Shown piece after piece: positions 39,586 through 48,002 of a DNA stretch of 64,000 bases (its first letter is position 1; each line of letters opens with the position of its first letter). This DNA is from Patescibacteria group bacterium. GTDB lineage: Bacteria; Patescibacteriota; Microgenomatia; UBA1400; PJMF01. Under the pieces are notes generated by a model. That model saw only the letters and a program-made list of their open reading frames with translations. It made no database searches and was not told the DNA's origin. The stretch spans positions 579,271 through 643,270 of the forward strand of contig BOKR01000001.1 of NCBI GenBank assembly GCA_016861085.1, given 5' to 3'. Position numbers and translations under genes: made by a program.

Positions 39586-39830
39586 AAGTGCAAGTGTTGG
39601 GATCGGGTTGTCCTACCTGTAAAAAACTCTACGAAATTACTCGAGAAGTAATCTCAGAATTACCTGAAACAGTTGAGCTTGAATATCTTACCGGAATTAA
39701 AGGTACCAGTAAAATAATTGAGCTGGGAGCAATAAGCAGCCCAGTGTTGGCAGTCGATAATAAAATCGCTATGGTTGGTTTTTCACCCGACAAAAAAAAG
39801 ATCAAAGCAGCTATTGTTAAAACTAGATAA
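39582..39830 (+). CDS. Small redox-active disulfide protein 2 (thioredoxin-fold, CxxC)
   Basis: 'MKVQVLGSGCPTCKKLYE'. 82 aa. Typical partner of DUF318/ArsP permeases. Confidence 0.65.
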   Translation: MKVQVLGSGCPTCKKLYEITREVISELPETVELEYLTGIKGTSKIIELGAISSPVLAVDNKIAMVGFSPDKKKIKAAIVKTR

Positions 39831-39839
39831 AGAGAAAAT

Positions 39840-40817
39840 ATGGACATCTTTTCGCCACTCCAATCATTTGCAAACACAGTTACATACAATTGGTTTGGAA
39901 TTACAAAACAAAGCTATACAGCAGGGGTAGTAAACTTCTGGATTTATGACATTCTTAAGATTAGTATTTTACTTGTTATTATCAATTATTTTATGGCAAT
40001 TACTCGTTATTATTTTCCTATGGAAAAAGTAAGAGAGTTATTAACAAATAAAAACTGGTTTGGAACACAATATTTGCTTGCAGCAATTTTGGGAGTGGTA
40101 ACCCCTTTTTGTTCATGTTCATCAATTCCATTATTTATGGGTTTTTTATCTGCAGGGATACCACTTGGAATTACCTTCACTTTTTTGATTAGCTCTCCAC
40201 TGATCAATGAATCTTCATTGTTCTTGTTTCCAAGTGTTTTTGGAATAGAAGTTACTCTGTTATATAACTTACTTGGTATTGTCATCGCAATTACTGGTGG
40301 ATACTTTATTCAAAGAATGAAACTTGAAAAATATATCCAACCCGACATTCTTGCATTTACAAATAAAAGCCGACTTGTTCAAAAGTATGAAGGTCAAAAT
40401 ATTCCGTTCAAGGAGAAAGTAAAACTTTGGACACAAGAGATGTTGAACATAACGAAAAAAATCTATCCATACGTATTGCTGGGAGTGACACTTGGAGCAC
40501 TCATCCACGGTCTGGTACCAGATTCACTGGTTAATAGTGTCCTTTCGAAGTCATCAGGGTGGAGTGCCCCGACTGCAGTTTTACTTGGAATTCCGCTTTA
40601 TGCTAATTCCGTAAGCGTTGTTCCAATTATTGAGGCTCTTGTAAATAAAGGAGTACCACTGGGCACAGCTCTAGCTTTTATGACAGCAACTGTCACACTC
40701 TCAATACCAGAAGCTTTGATGCTTAAAACTGTATTAAAATGGCAATTACTTGCTATTTTTTTTGGCATAACTACTATTGGCATTGTTTTGATGGGATATT
40801 TATTTAATGCGTTATAA
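39840..40817 (+). CDS. arsP: ArsP/DUF318-family permease (putative organoarsenical/thiol-metalloid efflux)
   Basis: 8-10 TM helices with the conserved 'TPFCSCSSIPLF' TM motif. Confidence 0.65.
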   Translation: MDIFSPLQSFANTVTYNWFGITKQSYTAGVVNFWIYDILKISILLVIINYFMAITRYYFPMEKVRELLTNKNWFGTQYLLAAILGVVTPFCSCSSIPLFMGFLSAGIPLGITFTFLISSPLINESSLFLFPSVFGIEVTLLYNLLGIVIAITGGYFIQRMKLEKYIQPDILAFTNKSRLVQKYEGQNIPFKEKVKLWTQEMLNITKKIYPYVLLGVTLGALIHGLVPDSLVNSVLSKSSGWSAPTAVLLGIPLYANSVSVVPIIEALVNKGVPLGTALAFMTATVTLSIPEALMLKTVLKWQLLAIFFGITTIGIVLMGYLFNAL

Positions 40818-40892
40818 CTCACTGAAGAAGCAATTAAAACAACTGCATTTAAAATTTCTCAGAAATACATAGGTGCTTGGCCACACTGTGAA

Positions 40893-41069
40893 AAAGAAGT
40901 AGCTCAAAAAACAGACTACAGTGAGACTCTAGTAATAATCTTGAACGACTCTTACTCTGCCCAAGCAGAAGAAATTGCCAAAAAACTTGGGGCAATAGTT
41001 GAATCGCTACCAGAGGGAGAAACGAAACCTTCAAGCGATATTTTAGTCATTGTTGGAAGTGACTTTTAA
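40893..41069 (+). pseudogene. LytR_C-like C-terminal domain remnant with no start codon
   Basis: Continues in-frame past the arsP TAA stop. 'KEVAQKTDYSETLVIILNDSYSAQAEEIAKKLGAIVESLPEGETKPSSDILVIVGSDF*' matches the conserved second half of the LytR C-terminal domain (…YskT.V…A..lA..LG…aDi.vilG.Df). No ATG/GTG in the 83 in-frame codons. Confidence 0.3.
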
Positions 41070-41093
41070 CCTCAGTAATAAGTCCTATAGTAA

Positions 41094-41121
41094 TTGAATT
41101 ATCCAAAAAAGATGGTATAAT
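41094..41121 (+). promoter_or_regulatory. Sigma70-like promoter (TTGAAT-16-TGgTATAAT)
   Basis: -35 TTGAAT at 41094..41099. Extended -10 TGgTATAAT at 41113..41121. Upstream of the lipoprotein gene. Confidence 0.35.
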
Positions 41122-41142
41122 ATAGGTTGTGGAAGTGAACTT

Positions 41143-41517
41143 TTGACTTCGCGTCTGCTTAGTAGCTTCCGCAATTGCAACTTAAAACCTCAAATCTTTT
41201 TCCCAATAGGTAACCTAATGAGCCACAAAAAAATTCTTCTTATCTTTCTCCTTCTGTCGTTGTTAACTATGTTGGTCACGGCCTGCATTCCGAAGGTTGG
41301 TGAAATCTGGTACATTCACCAGACCAAACTGGTGAATCCGGCGGACTATTCAACAGTCCGCGAATGGTATCAAACTCGAACTGACAACTGCCATCTGCAA
41401 CCAGGTGCAGTTGAAATTCTGGAAGGGCCAAAAAATGGCCTTTATCTCCTCGAGTCTGGCAGTTGCCAGGGCTGGGGACCAGGTGAGTGGCTATATACTA
41501 CTCCAAAAAAAGAATAG
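41143..41517 (+). CDS. Hypothetical small lipoprotein
   Basis: Signal peptide with lipobox 'LVTAC'. The ORF-track start is a TTG. The ATG at 41218 ('MSHKKILLIF...') is more likely. Confidence 0.4.
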   Translation: MTSRLLSSFRNCNLKPQIFFPIGNLMSHKKILLIFLLLSLLTMLVTACIPKVGEIWYIHQTKLVNPADYSTVREWYQTRTDNCHLQPGAVEILEGPKNGLYLLESGSCQGWGPGEWLYTTPKKE

Positions 41518-41557
41518 AGGTTTTATCCTGGGCCGCCCGACGGGCGGCCCAAACCTC
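41517..41557. terminator. Bidirectional stem-loop terminator between convergent genes
   Basis: GAGGUUU-uauccu-GGGCCGCCC-gac-GGGCGGCCC-AAACCUC. The GC core is 9 bp with a 7-bp outer stem. There is no long U-run. Confidence 0.5.
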
Positions 41558-41589
41558 ATTACATTTATAGAAAAAATTTACTAAACAAA

Positions 41590-42174
41590 TTACACTAACT
41601 CAAATTTCTTAACTGTAATTTTGCACGCATCCATATGTTCTGAATCGCCTTTTATTTGCTCAATATAGTAAGTATCTGTCATCATCTTTTTATAGTCACT
41701 AACTTTTTCAAGAAACTCAATACCAACCATATGATCGTACTCATGTTGGATTACTCTCCCTAAAATCCCATCTGCAGTAAATCTAAATTTTTTACCATTC
41801 CTATCATAAGCTTCAACAGTAATCTGTCTTGGACGTTCGACTGGACCAAACAACCTTCCATTCAAAACACTGCCACAACCCTCATAAATAATAACCGTTT
41901 TTTTTGACAGCTCTACAATCTTGGGATTTATAAATATTCTTAGTTCATCTGCCTGATCTTTAGGTCTCGTATTTGTTTCCCTTGGCTCGGTAATAAAAAC
42001 TTGATAATTTTCACCAATTTGTGGTGCCGCCATACCAATTAACCCAGCTGCATTCATAGAATCTTTCAAATCCTGAATCACTTGTTGCAACTTTGGATCG
42101 TTGAAGTCTGTGACTTTCTTATTTTTTGCTTTTAGTACTGGATTACCAATTTGAATTGTTTCTCTAACGGCCAT
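41590..42174 (-). CDS. def: Peptide deformylase
   Basis: Motifs 'GLIGMAAPQIG', 'EGCGSV', 'QHEYDHMVG' (HExxH). Confidence 0.85.
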   Translation of the reverse strand: MAVRETIQIGNPVLKAKNKKVTDFNDPKLQQVIQDLKDSMNAAGLIGMAAPQIGENYQVFITEPRETNTRPKDQADELRIFINPKIVELSKKTVIIYEGCGSVLNGRLFGPVERPRQITVEAYDRNGKKFRFTADGILGRVIQHEYDHMVGIEFLEKVSDYKKMMTDTYYIEQIKGDSEHMDACKITVKKFELV

Positions 42175-42191
42175 ATTCTCTCCTTTTGTAC

Positions 42192-43097
42192 TTATAAATA
42201 ACCCAATTTCTTCAAATTATTCACACACCACGTGTAAGTTCTTGGGTCATATGATTTTGAATTGATAAACAACAATGAATAATAGGCCAGATAGATATCA
42301 ACCATTTTAAAATCATCTGGGTAATTTTGTTTTGCTTTTTCCAGCAAATACTTTTTTACATTCTCTCCAATTCCTTCAGTAACACATGCAAAATATACTA
42401 ATCCAGTCACATCCATGATGTGGTCACCAATAACAGTCAATGAGCTAAAATCAAGTAAACCAGTTATGGATCCTTTATCATCAGCCAGTATGTTCTCAAA
42501 AAAGATATCACCATGTACTAAATTTTTCTGAGGATTTTTGGATAATTTTGGCAAAGCTGAATTAAAGAAGTAATCAAAAACTTTACCAATATCGGCAATA
42601 TCGTGATCTGGTTTTGTGATCACTTCCTGCTTTGTGATAGCCAGTTTCATTCCGAGAAATTCCGTCCAGGTATTTGCTTGCAACTTCCCCATAGAACTAG
42701 ATAAAATTTGTCCATACTTACCAGATATAGTAATTTTTTTAAGTTCCTCCAGCAAAGCAAAATAGTTGTTTAACAATGCGATTTTCACTTCCTCAGATGC
42801 AGTTAGATATACAACATGCCCAGCTTTCCCAAACAATTTCTTTTCAACTGTGTACGTTTTACTGTCTACTGTACCGATTTCATAGATCTCTGGTATATAT
42901 ATTTGCATTTGGTCTGCAAGCATTTCATACAGTTGTTGGCGCTCCTGCAGCTGGTTTATTTTTGCGTGCTTATCGCGCCAAATCTTGATTACTTTGTCAT
43001 CAAAATAATCATATACATACCCTTCCATACCACTGCCAAGCAATTGAGGACTCTGAATATTGAGTGTTTCAAGGAGTATTTTATGATCTGGAAGCAT
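42192..43097 (-). CDS. Aminoglycoside/small-molecule phosphotransferase (APH, protein-kinase-like fold)
   Basis: Brenner motif 'LVHGDIFFENIL' and 'GLLDFSSLTVIGDHIMD'. The ORF-track start (43142) lies in the loop of the upstream terminator, so the preferred start is the M at 43097. Confidence 0.55.
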   Translation of the reverse strand: MLPDHKILLETLNIQSPQLLGSGMEGYVYDYFDDKVIKIWRDKHAKINQLQERQQLYEMLADQMQIYIPEIYEIGTVDSKTYTVEKKLFGKAGHVVYLTASEEVKIALLNNYFALLEELKKITISGKYGQILSSSMGKLQANTWTEFLGMKLAITKQEVITKPDHDIADIGKVFDYFFNSALPKLSKNPQKNLVHGDIFFENILADDKGSITGLLDFSSLTVIGDHIMDVTGLVYFACVTEGIGENVKKYLLEKAKQNYPDDFKMVDIYLAYYSLLFINSKSYDPRTYTWCVNNLKKLGYL

Positions 43098-43126
43098 GGG
43101 TCTTATTCTATCATGTGTATAATCTA

Positions 43127-43156
43127 CTAAAAAGAGCCCCATAAGGGGCTCTTTCT
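43127..43156 (-). terminator. Rho-independent terminator of the RRM-protein gene
   Basis: On the minus strand: AAGAGCCCC-uuau-GGGGCUCUU followed by UUUUUAG. 9-bp perfect stem. Confidence 0.6.
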
Positions 43157-43177
43157 ATTTCAATAGCAACTAATAGA

Positions 43178-43528
43178 TTAATATCTATTTGGTCTACCGC
43201 CACCGAAGTTACTTCGGCCGCCACCACGTCTATCACCACCACGATCTTCTCTTGGTGCTTTTGGACGAGCAACGTTGACGATGATTTGTCTTCCATCGAG
43301 TTCAGTGCCATTTAGAGCTTCAATAGCTGCTTGAGCACTTTCTTCGGTTGTGAAAGTCACAAATGCAATTCCCTTTGATCTACCAGACATTCTGTCTGTG
43401 ATCAATACTGCGTCTTCGATTTCGCCGTATTGGGAAAAGGTACTTACTATCATGTCCTTTGTGGTTCCCCACGAAAGGTTCCCAACGAAAAGTTTTCTTG
43501 GGTTTTCTACTTGTGGTGCGTCTTGCAT
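43178..43528 (-). CDS. RRM-domain RNA-binding protein with C-terminal RGG/Gly-Arg tail
   Basis: RNP2 'LFVGNL', RNP1 'KGIAFVTF'. C-terminal 'RGGDRRGGGRSNFGGGR'. Confidence 0.75.
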   Translation of the reverse strand: MQDAPQVENPRKLFVGNLSWGTTKDMIVSTFSQYGEIEDAVLITDRMSGRSKGIAFVTFTTEESAQAAIEALNGTELDGRQIIVNVARPKAPREDRGGDRRGGGRSNFGGGRPNRY

Positions 43529-43717
43529 TCCACTCCTTCATGTCCATCATTTGATGAACAAATACGCTCAGCATAAACTGAGCTTTACTACTCAGCTTAG
43601 AACAAAGAAAATCTAGTGGAAAATAAGATGGACTTAAGTCCAAGACACCTACTGTTCAAAACTGTATTCATTATAGCACAGCTTCACTAAAAGTACATAC
43701 TGTGTTTTAATTAAAGC

Positions 43718-44062
43718 ATGAAAGATCCGCTCATTTACCCCAAACAAGTGTTGAAAAATTTTCAGGCTTCAGTCACAAAAATCAGCGATATAGCTGAAAA
43801 TGAAGGTGGAATTGTAGCTATCAACGGCAAAAACTATGCCGTTTTTAAGAAATCGGCCACTGAACTAATTATTCTAGCCTCAATCTGTACACACATGAGA
43901 TGCCAAATTAAATGGAACTCTACTCAAAAAACCTGGGATTGCCCTTGCCACGGTTCAAGGTTTAGCGTAGAAGGGGTTGTTATCCAAGGTCCAGCTACAA
44001 AGCCGTTGCAAAGAATAACGCTACCAACTTCCCCCACCCCCTCCACCTCCTCCTCCGCCTGA
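43718..44062 (+). CDS. Small Rieske [2Fe-2S] domain protein
   Basis: 'CTHMRC' and 'CPCHGS' (CxH...CxxH). The last ~14 codons are antisense of the DUF2207 poly-Gly tail. Confidence 0.65.
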   Translation: MKDPLIYPKQVLKNFQASVTKISDIAENEGGIVAINGKNYAVFKKSATELIILASICTHMRCQIKWNSTQKTWDCPCHGSRFSVEGVVIQGPATKPLQRITLPTSPTPSTSSSA

Positions 44063-45778
44063 TGAGCCACCAGAAAATCCAGATCCACCACTTGAACTAG
44101 AAGAATTGGGATTGTATGCCAGACTGTTTCCGACCTCAGTACTAAAGCCACTGACAAAATCTGCAACAGTCCAGGTTGCTAAATGCGCTGTAGAAATATA
44201 CTCAGGGGGTTTGATCTGTAATTCTTCCATATCTTTTGCCAACTGTTTCACCACCCCTAACGACACGGCAAATGGCAAGACTTCTTCAATAAACAAGTGC
44301 TTTTCTTTTATTTTTTCTCTCCAGGCACCACGGTTAATCGTGGCTCGTAGCCCCCTTGCTTGCAAACAAAGATTGGTTCCAACTGCTGTTTTTTGTGGTA
44401 AGTTGTATCCAAGTAGCATTCCGACAGGAAATTGTAGAACTAAGAGAAAAACTGGCCATACTATTCCCAGTGGCAAGACTGTAACGCTCAACACCCAAAA
44501 AACTCCAGCTAACAAAATAATAAAGATAACTAACCCCAATGCTCTCACCTTCATGGGTTTGTCAGTATAGGCTTTTTTTTCAACTAACGCCGACTCAAGC
44601 TTTCCTTTTGCTGCATCTATAGTCAGGTAAAAAGTACCTTTTAACTTTGAAAGCTGGACCACATCACCTGTTTTGAAGAGTTCTGTGAATAAATATGCCT
44701 GCACATTACTTAAACCTGCCATATTTTCTGAGAGTTTTGTGAACTCATAATCCCTGGTGATAGAAAATAAAACCTTTTTTTCTGTAACTGAAATTTTTAA
44801 CTTTTTTTTCCGTGCCAATTCTAAGATTTCAGCTACAATGTCTTGTATATCAACTCGTTCATCTAGTAGTGCACCGGATTCTCCAGGTGTAATATCTTTT
44901 AAAGGTTCGTACACCATTGGTTCCCGGGCATTAAACTGCACAGGTCGTAAACGGGCTGGTTTACTCGCGTCCATATCAAAAACATTTTGAGAAATAAATT
45001 CAAAATCTCGACCCTTTTTATACCACCACAGAAACATTACCAAAACAGGGACAGGCAAAAGCACAATTGGCCAATTATGTTTGAGCCAAAGGAAAAACAG
45101 TTCTGTTTGCGTAGGAAACTGTAGTTGACTTTCTTTTGGCAACCGTACCACGATTGTCATATTGTCACCGTAGGATATTTGATCAAGGTACGTGAAAGTG
45201 GCTTGGTTTTTTCCAAGTTCGAAATTACATTGACCATCGTCACTACCAATTGGACCACTATAACAAGCTAGTTCTTGTAGCTCAGCAAACTGCGAAATGA
45301 CTGTCGCTGAACTTTTTTGAATTGGGATTTGCCACCCTTCGCCTGTAATATCCCAAAATAATTCGTTATGATTTTCGAACTGGTTAATACCACGCTCAAC
45401 CGTATAAGTAATCACGTAGTTCTTTTCTCCAGAAAAGGTTGTGTCAGGGTCTCCAATCTTCAATGTTAAAAACCTACCGTCTGAAGACCTTGTAAATGGA
45501 ATTGGGTTTCCTTGATCATCTGAAACTGCGACATCGTAAATGGGGAGTCTTTCAACTTGTCCACCCTTGTTGTAAGTTGTGGGAATGTATCTATAGATTC
45601 CATGCCTATTGTCAGTAGTTGTGTACTGGATTTGCTCAGTGATAGTGAGTGAGGTGTCTTGATTGATCTCAATTATGGAATAAAAAGAATTGATGGTTTC
45701 TGAGGCAAAAATAGGCGAAGTTTGAAAAAATAAAAAACCAGCAAGTCCAAAAAGCAAACTCTTAAGAAGCTTTTTCAT
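44021..45778 (-). CDS. DUF2207-family membrane protein with Gly-rich C-terminal tail
   Basis: Signal peptide, large extracytoplasmic domain, TM helices, then 'SSSSSGGSGFSGGSSGGGGGGGGGGSW'. This architecture is typical of DUF2207. Confidence 0.55.
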   Translation of the reverse strand: MKKLLKSLLFGLAGFLFFQTSPIFASETINSFYSIIEINQDTSLTITEQIQYTTTDNRHGIYRYIPTTYNKGGQVERLPIYDVAVSDDQGNPIPFTRSSDGRFLTLKIGDPDTTFSGEKNYVITYTVERGINQFENHNELFWDITGEGWQIPIQKSSATVISQFAELQELACYSGPIGSDDGQCNFELGKNQATFTYLDQISYGDNMTIVVRLPKESQLQFPTQTELFFLWLKHNWPIVLLPVPVLVMFLWWYKKGRDFEFISQNVFDMDASKPARLRPVQFNAREPMVYEPLKDITPGESGALLDERVDIQDIVAEILELARKKKLKISVTEKKVLFSITRDYEFTKLSENMAGLSNVQAYLFTELFKTGDVVQLSKLKGTFYLTIDAAKGKLESALVEKKAYTDKPMKVRALGLVIFIILLAGVFWVLSVTVLPLGIVWPVFLLVLQFPVGMLLGYNLPQKTAVGTNLCLQARGLRATINRGAWREKIKEKHLFIEEVLPFAVSLGVVKQLAKDMEELQIKPPEYISTAHLATWTVADFVSGFSTEVGNSLAYNPNSSSSSGGSGFSGGSSGGGGGGGGGGSW

Positions 45779-45822
45779 ATGTCTTAGTATGAACCAAGAT
45801 ACTTTAAAAAAAAAGCAATGCT

Positions 45823-46800
45823 TTATTTGTCCACTTTGGCAAGTAAGATTTTGTCCGACTTAATGTGGGGAGACTGTCTATTTGTAACCAAGGCAGACTC
45901 AGCCTGAAAAACCTCAGAATCAATTGCAATCTCTTGATGTGGTGTAGTAACACTCAAAGTAAAATCATCAAGAAGCTGCCTATGAACTACTATTTCCCTT
46001 GGAATTTTTAGCCCAAGTTTTAACGCAATAAGTTCTAGTAAAAACTTTGCTATGAAACTACTCGGCTCTGATTGTAATCTGTCTTGACCCTCTATTGTAT
46101 GTAAAATTGCGGTTTGCTGTTCTTTTACCGGGAGTTTGAATTTACTCGTCCAATACGGCAGTGCTGCACTAATGATTCCAAAATCTATGACACTTTTGTT
46201 TTTTAAACCTGAACCAGAAATATACACTGGTTCAAATTCTCTTAGTTGCAATAACTTTCTAATAGTACCTGCATATCTTCTTTTAAAATCGCTTGCACCA
46301 ATTGATCTAAGCAACTCAATCTCAGATAAAACAGCAGCTGAAAAACCTGCGTGAATACTCCAAAGAAAAGGATGTTCAGTGTTTTGAAGTTCAGTTCTTA
46401 ATGTAGTAGTTAGTGGACGTACTGTCTTTACTTGATACTCTCCCATTAGAACTTGACCTACAGTTGCGACAGACCTTCCGTATGATCCAACGCTCTTTGC
46501 AAGGACATTTTCACCGCCTAACCCAAGTGGAGTAATGACAATTCCGCTTTGCAAATCACTTGTGAGTAATAGGTTTAGTAAACTAAATGAGCTTCCATCA
46601 CCGCCAAGCACAAAAATATGCGAAAGAGACTCAAACAACTTGTTTAATTGGTCACTTTGTAAGGCAAAAAAATCTTTGATATCTAAAGTATCGAGTTCAT
46701 GAATTGAGTTAATTTCGTCGGCAAGTTTAGTAGCATGACCGTTTCCAGCACGTTTGTTGACGAGTAAAAGTGATTTTTTTGCTAAGCGTTCGGATATCAT
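45823..46800 (-). CDS. DAGK_cat-family lipid kinase (YegS/BmrU-like)
   Basis: 'LLLVNKRAGNG', 'VLGGDGSS', 'ITPLGLGGENVLAKSVG'. The ORF-track start (46908) spans a perfect hairpin and overlaps the upstream gene, so M37 (46800) is preferred. Confidence 0.55.
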   Translation of the reverse strand: MISERLAKKSLLLVNKRAGNGHATKLADEINSIHELDTLDIKDFFALQSDQLNKLFESLSHIFVLGGDGSSFSLLNLLLTSDLQSGIVITPLGLGGENVLAKSVGSYGRSVATVGQVLMGEYQVKTVRPLTTTLRTELQNTEHPFLWSIHAGFSAAVLSEIELLRSIGASDFKRRYAGTIRKLLQLREFEPVYISGSGLKNKSVIDFGIISAALPYWTSKFKLPVKEQQTAILHTIEGQDRLQSEPSSFIAKFLLELIALKLGLKIPREIVVHRQLLDDFTLSVTTPHQEIAIDSEVFQAESALVTNRQSPHIKSDKILLAKVDK

Positions 46801-46828
46801 GTGGAAATTATAAATTATATGTAGGGTT

Positions 46829-46859
46829 ATGCCCTGCTGGTTTATGGCCAGCAGGGCAT
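46829..46859. terminator. Perfect 12-bp stem hairpin (putative terminator of the lipoprotein gene)
   Basis: ATGCCCTGCTGG-tttatgg-CCAGCAGGGCAT, about 20 nt after the lipoprotein stop on the minus strand. No clear U-tract. Confidence 0.4.
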
Positions 46860-46879
46860 GACAACCCGTTTGTATTTCA

Positions 46880-47176
46880 TTAAGGTGTAGCCACCGGGGG
46901 GGTGGCAATGGCCGGGGCGGCCGTGAGGGTGGGGGTAATGGAGGGGGTAGGAGAAATTGTGGGGGGGGCCGGGTTCATTACCGCCTCGGGAGAGACGGAA
47001 ACGGAAGTGGCCATTGGGGTGCTGACACTCGTGCTGGCAGGCGCAGTCTGCGCCACTGGCACCTCTTGGGGCGCCGGGCCAGTTACATCGGAGTCACCAC
47101 CACCACCGCAAGCGGCCAGAGTCAACAATAAAACCAACAAACTAATCAAGATTTTCGTTTTCATGAGTTTCACCAT
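46880..47176 (-). CDS. Pro/Thr/Ala-rich lipoprotein (low complexity)
   Basis: Signal peptide plus lipobox 'LTLAAC'. Low-complexity 'PAPPTISPTPSITPTLTAAPAIATPPVATP'. Locally GC-rich and contains C8 and C7 homopolymers. Confidence 0.5.
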   Translation of the reverse strand: MVKLMKTKILISLLVLLLTLAACGGGGDSDVTGPAPQEVPVAQTAPASTSVSTPMATSVSVSPEAVMNPAPPTISPTPSITPTLTAAPAIATPPVATP

Positions 47177-47466
47177 TCTGCCAGCTGCACATTGGGCAAG
47201 CTGGCCATAAATTTCAAAAAATCACCCACACTCACCAGGAAAGTGTAGGTGCGATCAGTATCAAAAACCAAAGTAACAAAAAAGTCACAGTCCATTTCCA
47301 ATACTGATCGCATCACAGCAATCTTGGCAATCAAAGCCTTAAATAAATACAATAAACGAGTTGTTAAAGATCATATTCTCTAGTACGTTTCAGCGCAAAG
47401 CCAGAGGCACTACAAAAATACACTATAAGTGTAGCATCCAGACGATAAAATGTCAATTATTATAGG

Positions 47467-47886
47467 TTATTTACGCCTGACAGTCAGCTTCTTTGGTTCA
47501 GCCATTGCCGACTTATGAAACTTAACAGTCAAAACCCCATCTTCAAGCTCTACCTCTGGTTCTCTGTTTTGGTCAAGCATGCCAGGCACACTGACCTTGT
47601 ATGAGTAGTCCCAGGAAGACTTACTAAAATATTTGTTCTGCTTATCTTCATCCTTTTCAGTTCTCTGGGCTTGAATCCATAGAACTCCTTTTTCAAAGGT
47701 AACGTCAATGTCATCAGAAGTTACACCTGCAACATTAGCTTTCACTACAACTTCCGTATCTGTTTCAAATAAATCAAGGTTGTTAGCAAAAGCGTTGGTA
47801 AGCATTGAAAAGTCATCATCATCCCAAATGCTTGGCCATCTTGGAGAATTAGTTAATAATGATCGAAATGGTACTAGATGTTTCAT
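47467..47886 (-). CDS. Hsp20/alpha-crystallin small heat-shock protein
   Basis: Alpha-crystallin domain with C-terminal 'GVLTV'-type strand. SD GAAAGGA. Confidence 0.85.
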   Translation of the reverse strand: MKHLVPFRSLLTNSPRWPSIWDDDDFSMLTNAFANNLDLFETDTEVVVKANVAGVTSDDIDVTFEKGVLWIQAQRTEKDEDKQNKYFSKSSWDYSYKVSVPGMLDQNREPEVELEDGVLTVKFHKSAMAEPKKLTVRRK

Positions 47887-47945
47887 AGCACGAGTCCTTT
47901 CATATATTAAATTATACCTATATGGCGATACTTATTGATCTGCCA

Positions 47946-47972
47946 TTAGCAATAATATAATACAACTGCTAA
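47946..47972 (-). promoter_or_regulatory. CIRCE-like inverted repeat overlapping the hsp20 promoter
   Basis: On the minus strand: TTGACA-N5-TTAGCAGTT-N9-TATTGCTAA (CIRCE consensus TTAGCACTC-N9-GAGTGCTAA). The -10-like TTATAT lies inside the repeat. Confidence 0.3.
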
Positions 47973-48002
47973 TTATTTGTCAAGAATTATCTTCCATGAA
48001 AT

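Noticed and set aside
43529-43717. 12-bp perfect palindrome GGACTTAAGTCC in the divergent promoter region between the RRM-protein and Rieske genes
   Set aside because: It is short and AT-centred, with no partner site or recognisable regulator family. It is too weak to call an operator without conservation data.
46902-47210. 102-aa plus-strand ORF (MAMAGAAVRVGV..., Gly/Ala/Val-rich)
   Set aside because: It is the antisense of the GC-rich Pro/Thr/Ala lipoprotein gene (46880..47176, minus). The open frame is a compositional artefact, with no RBS or independent support.
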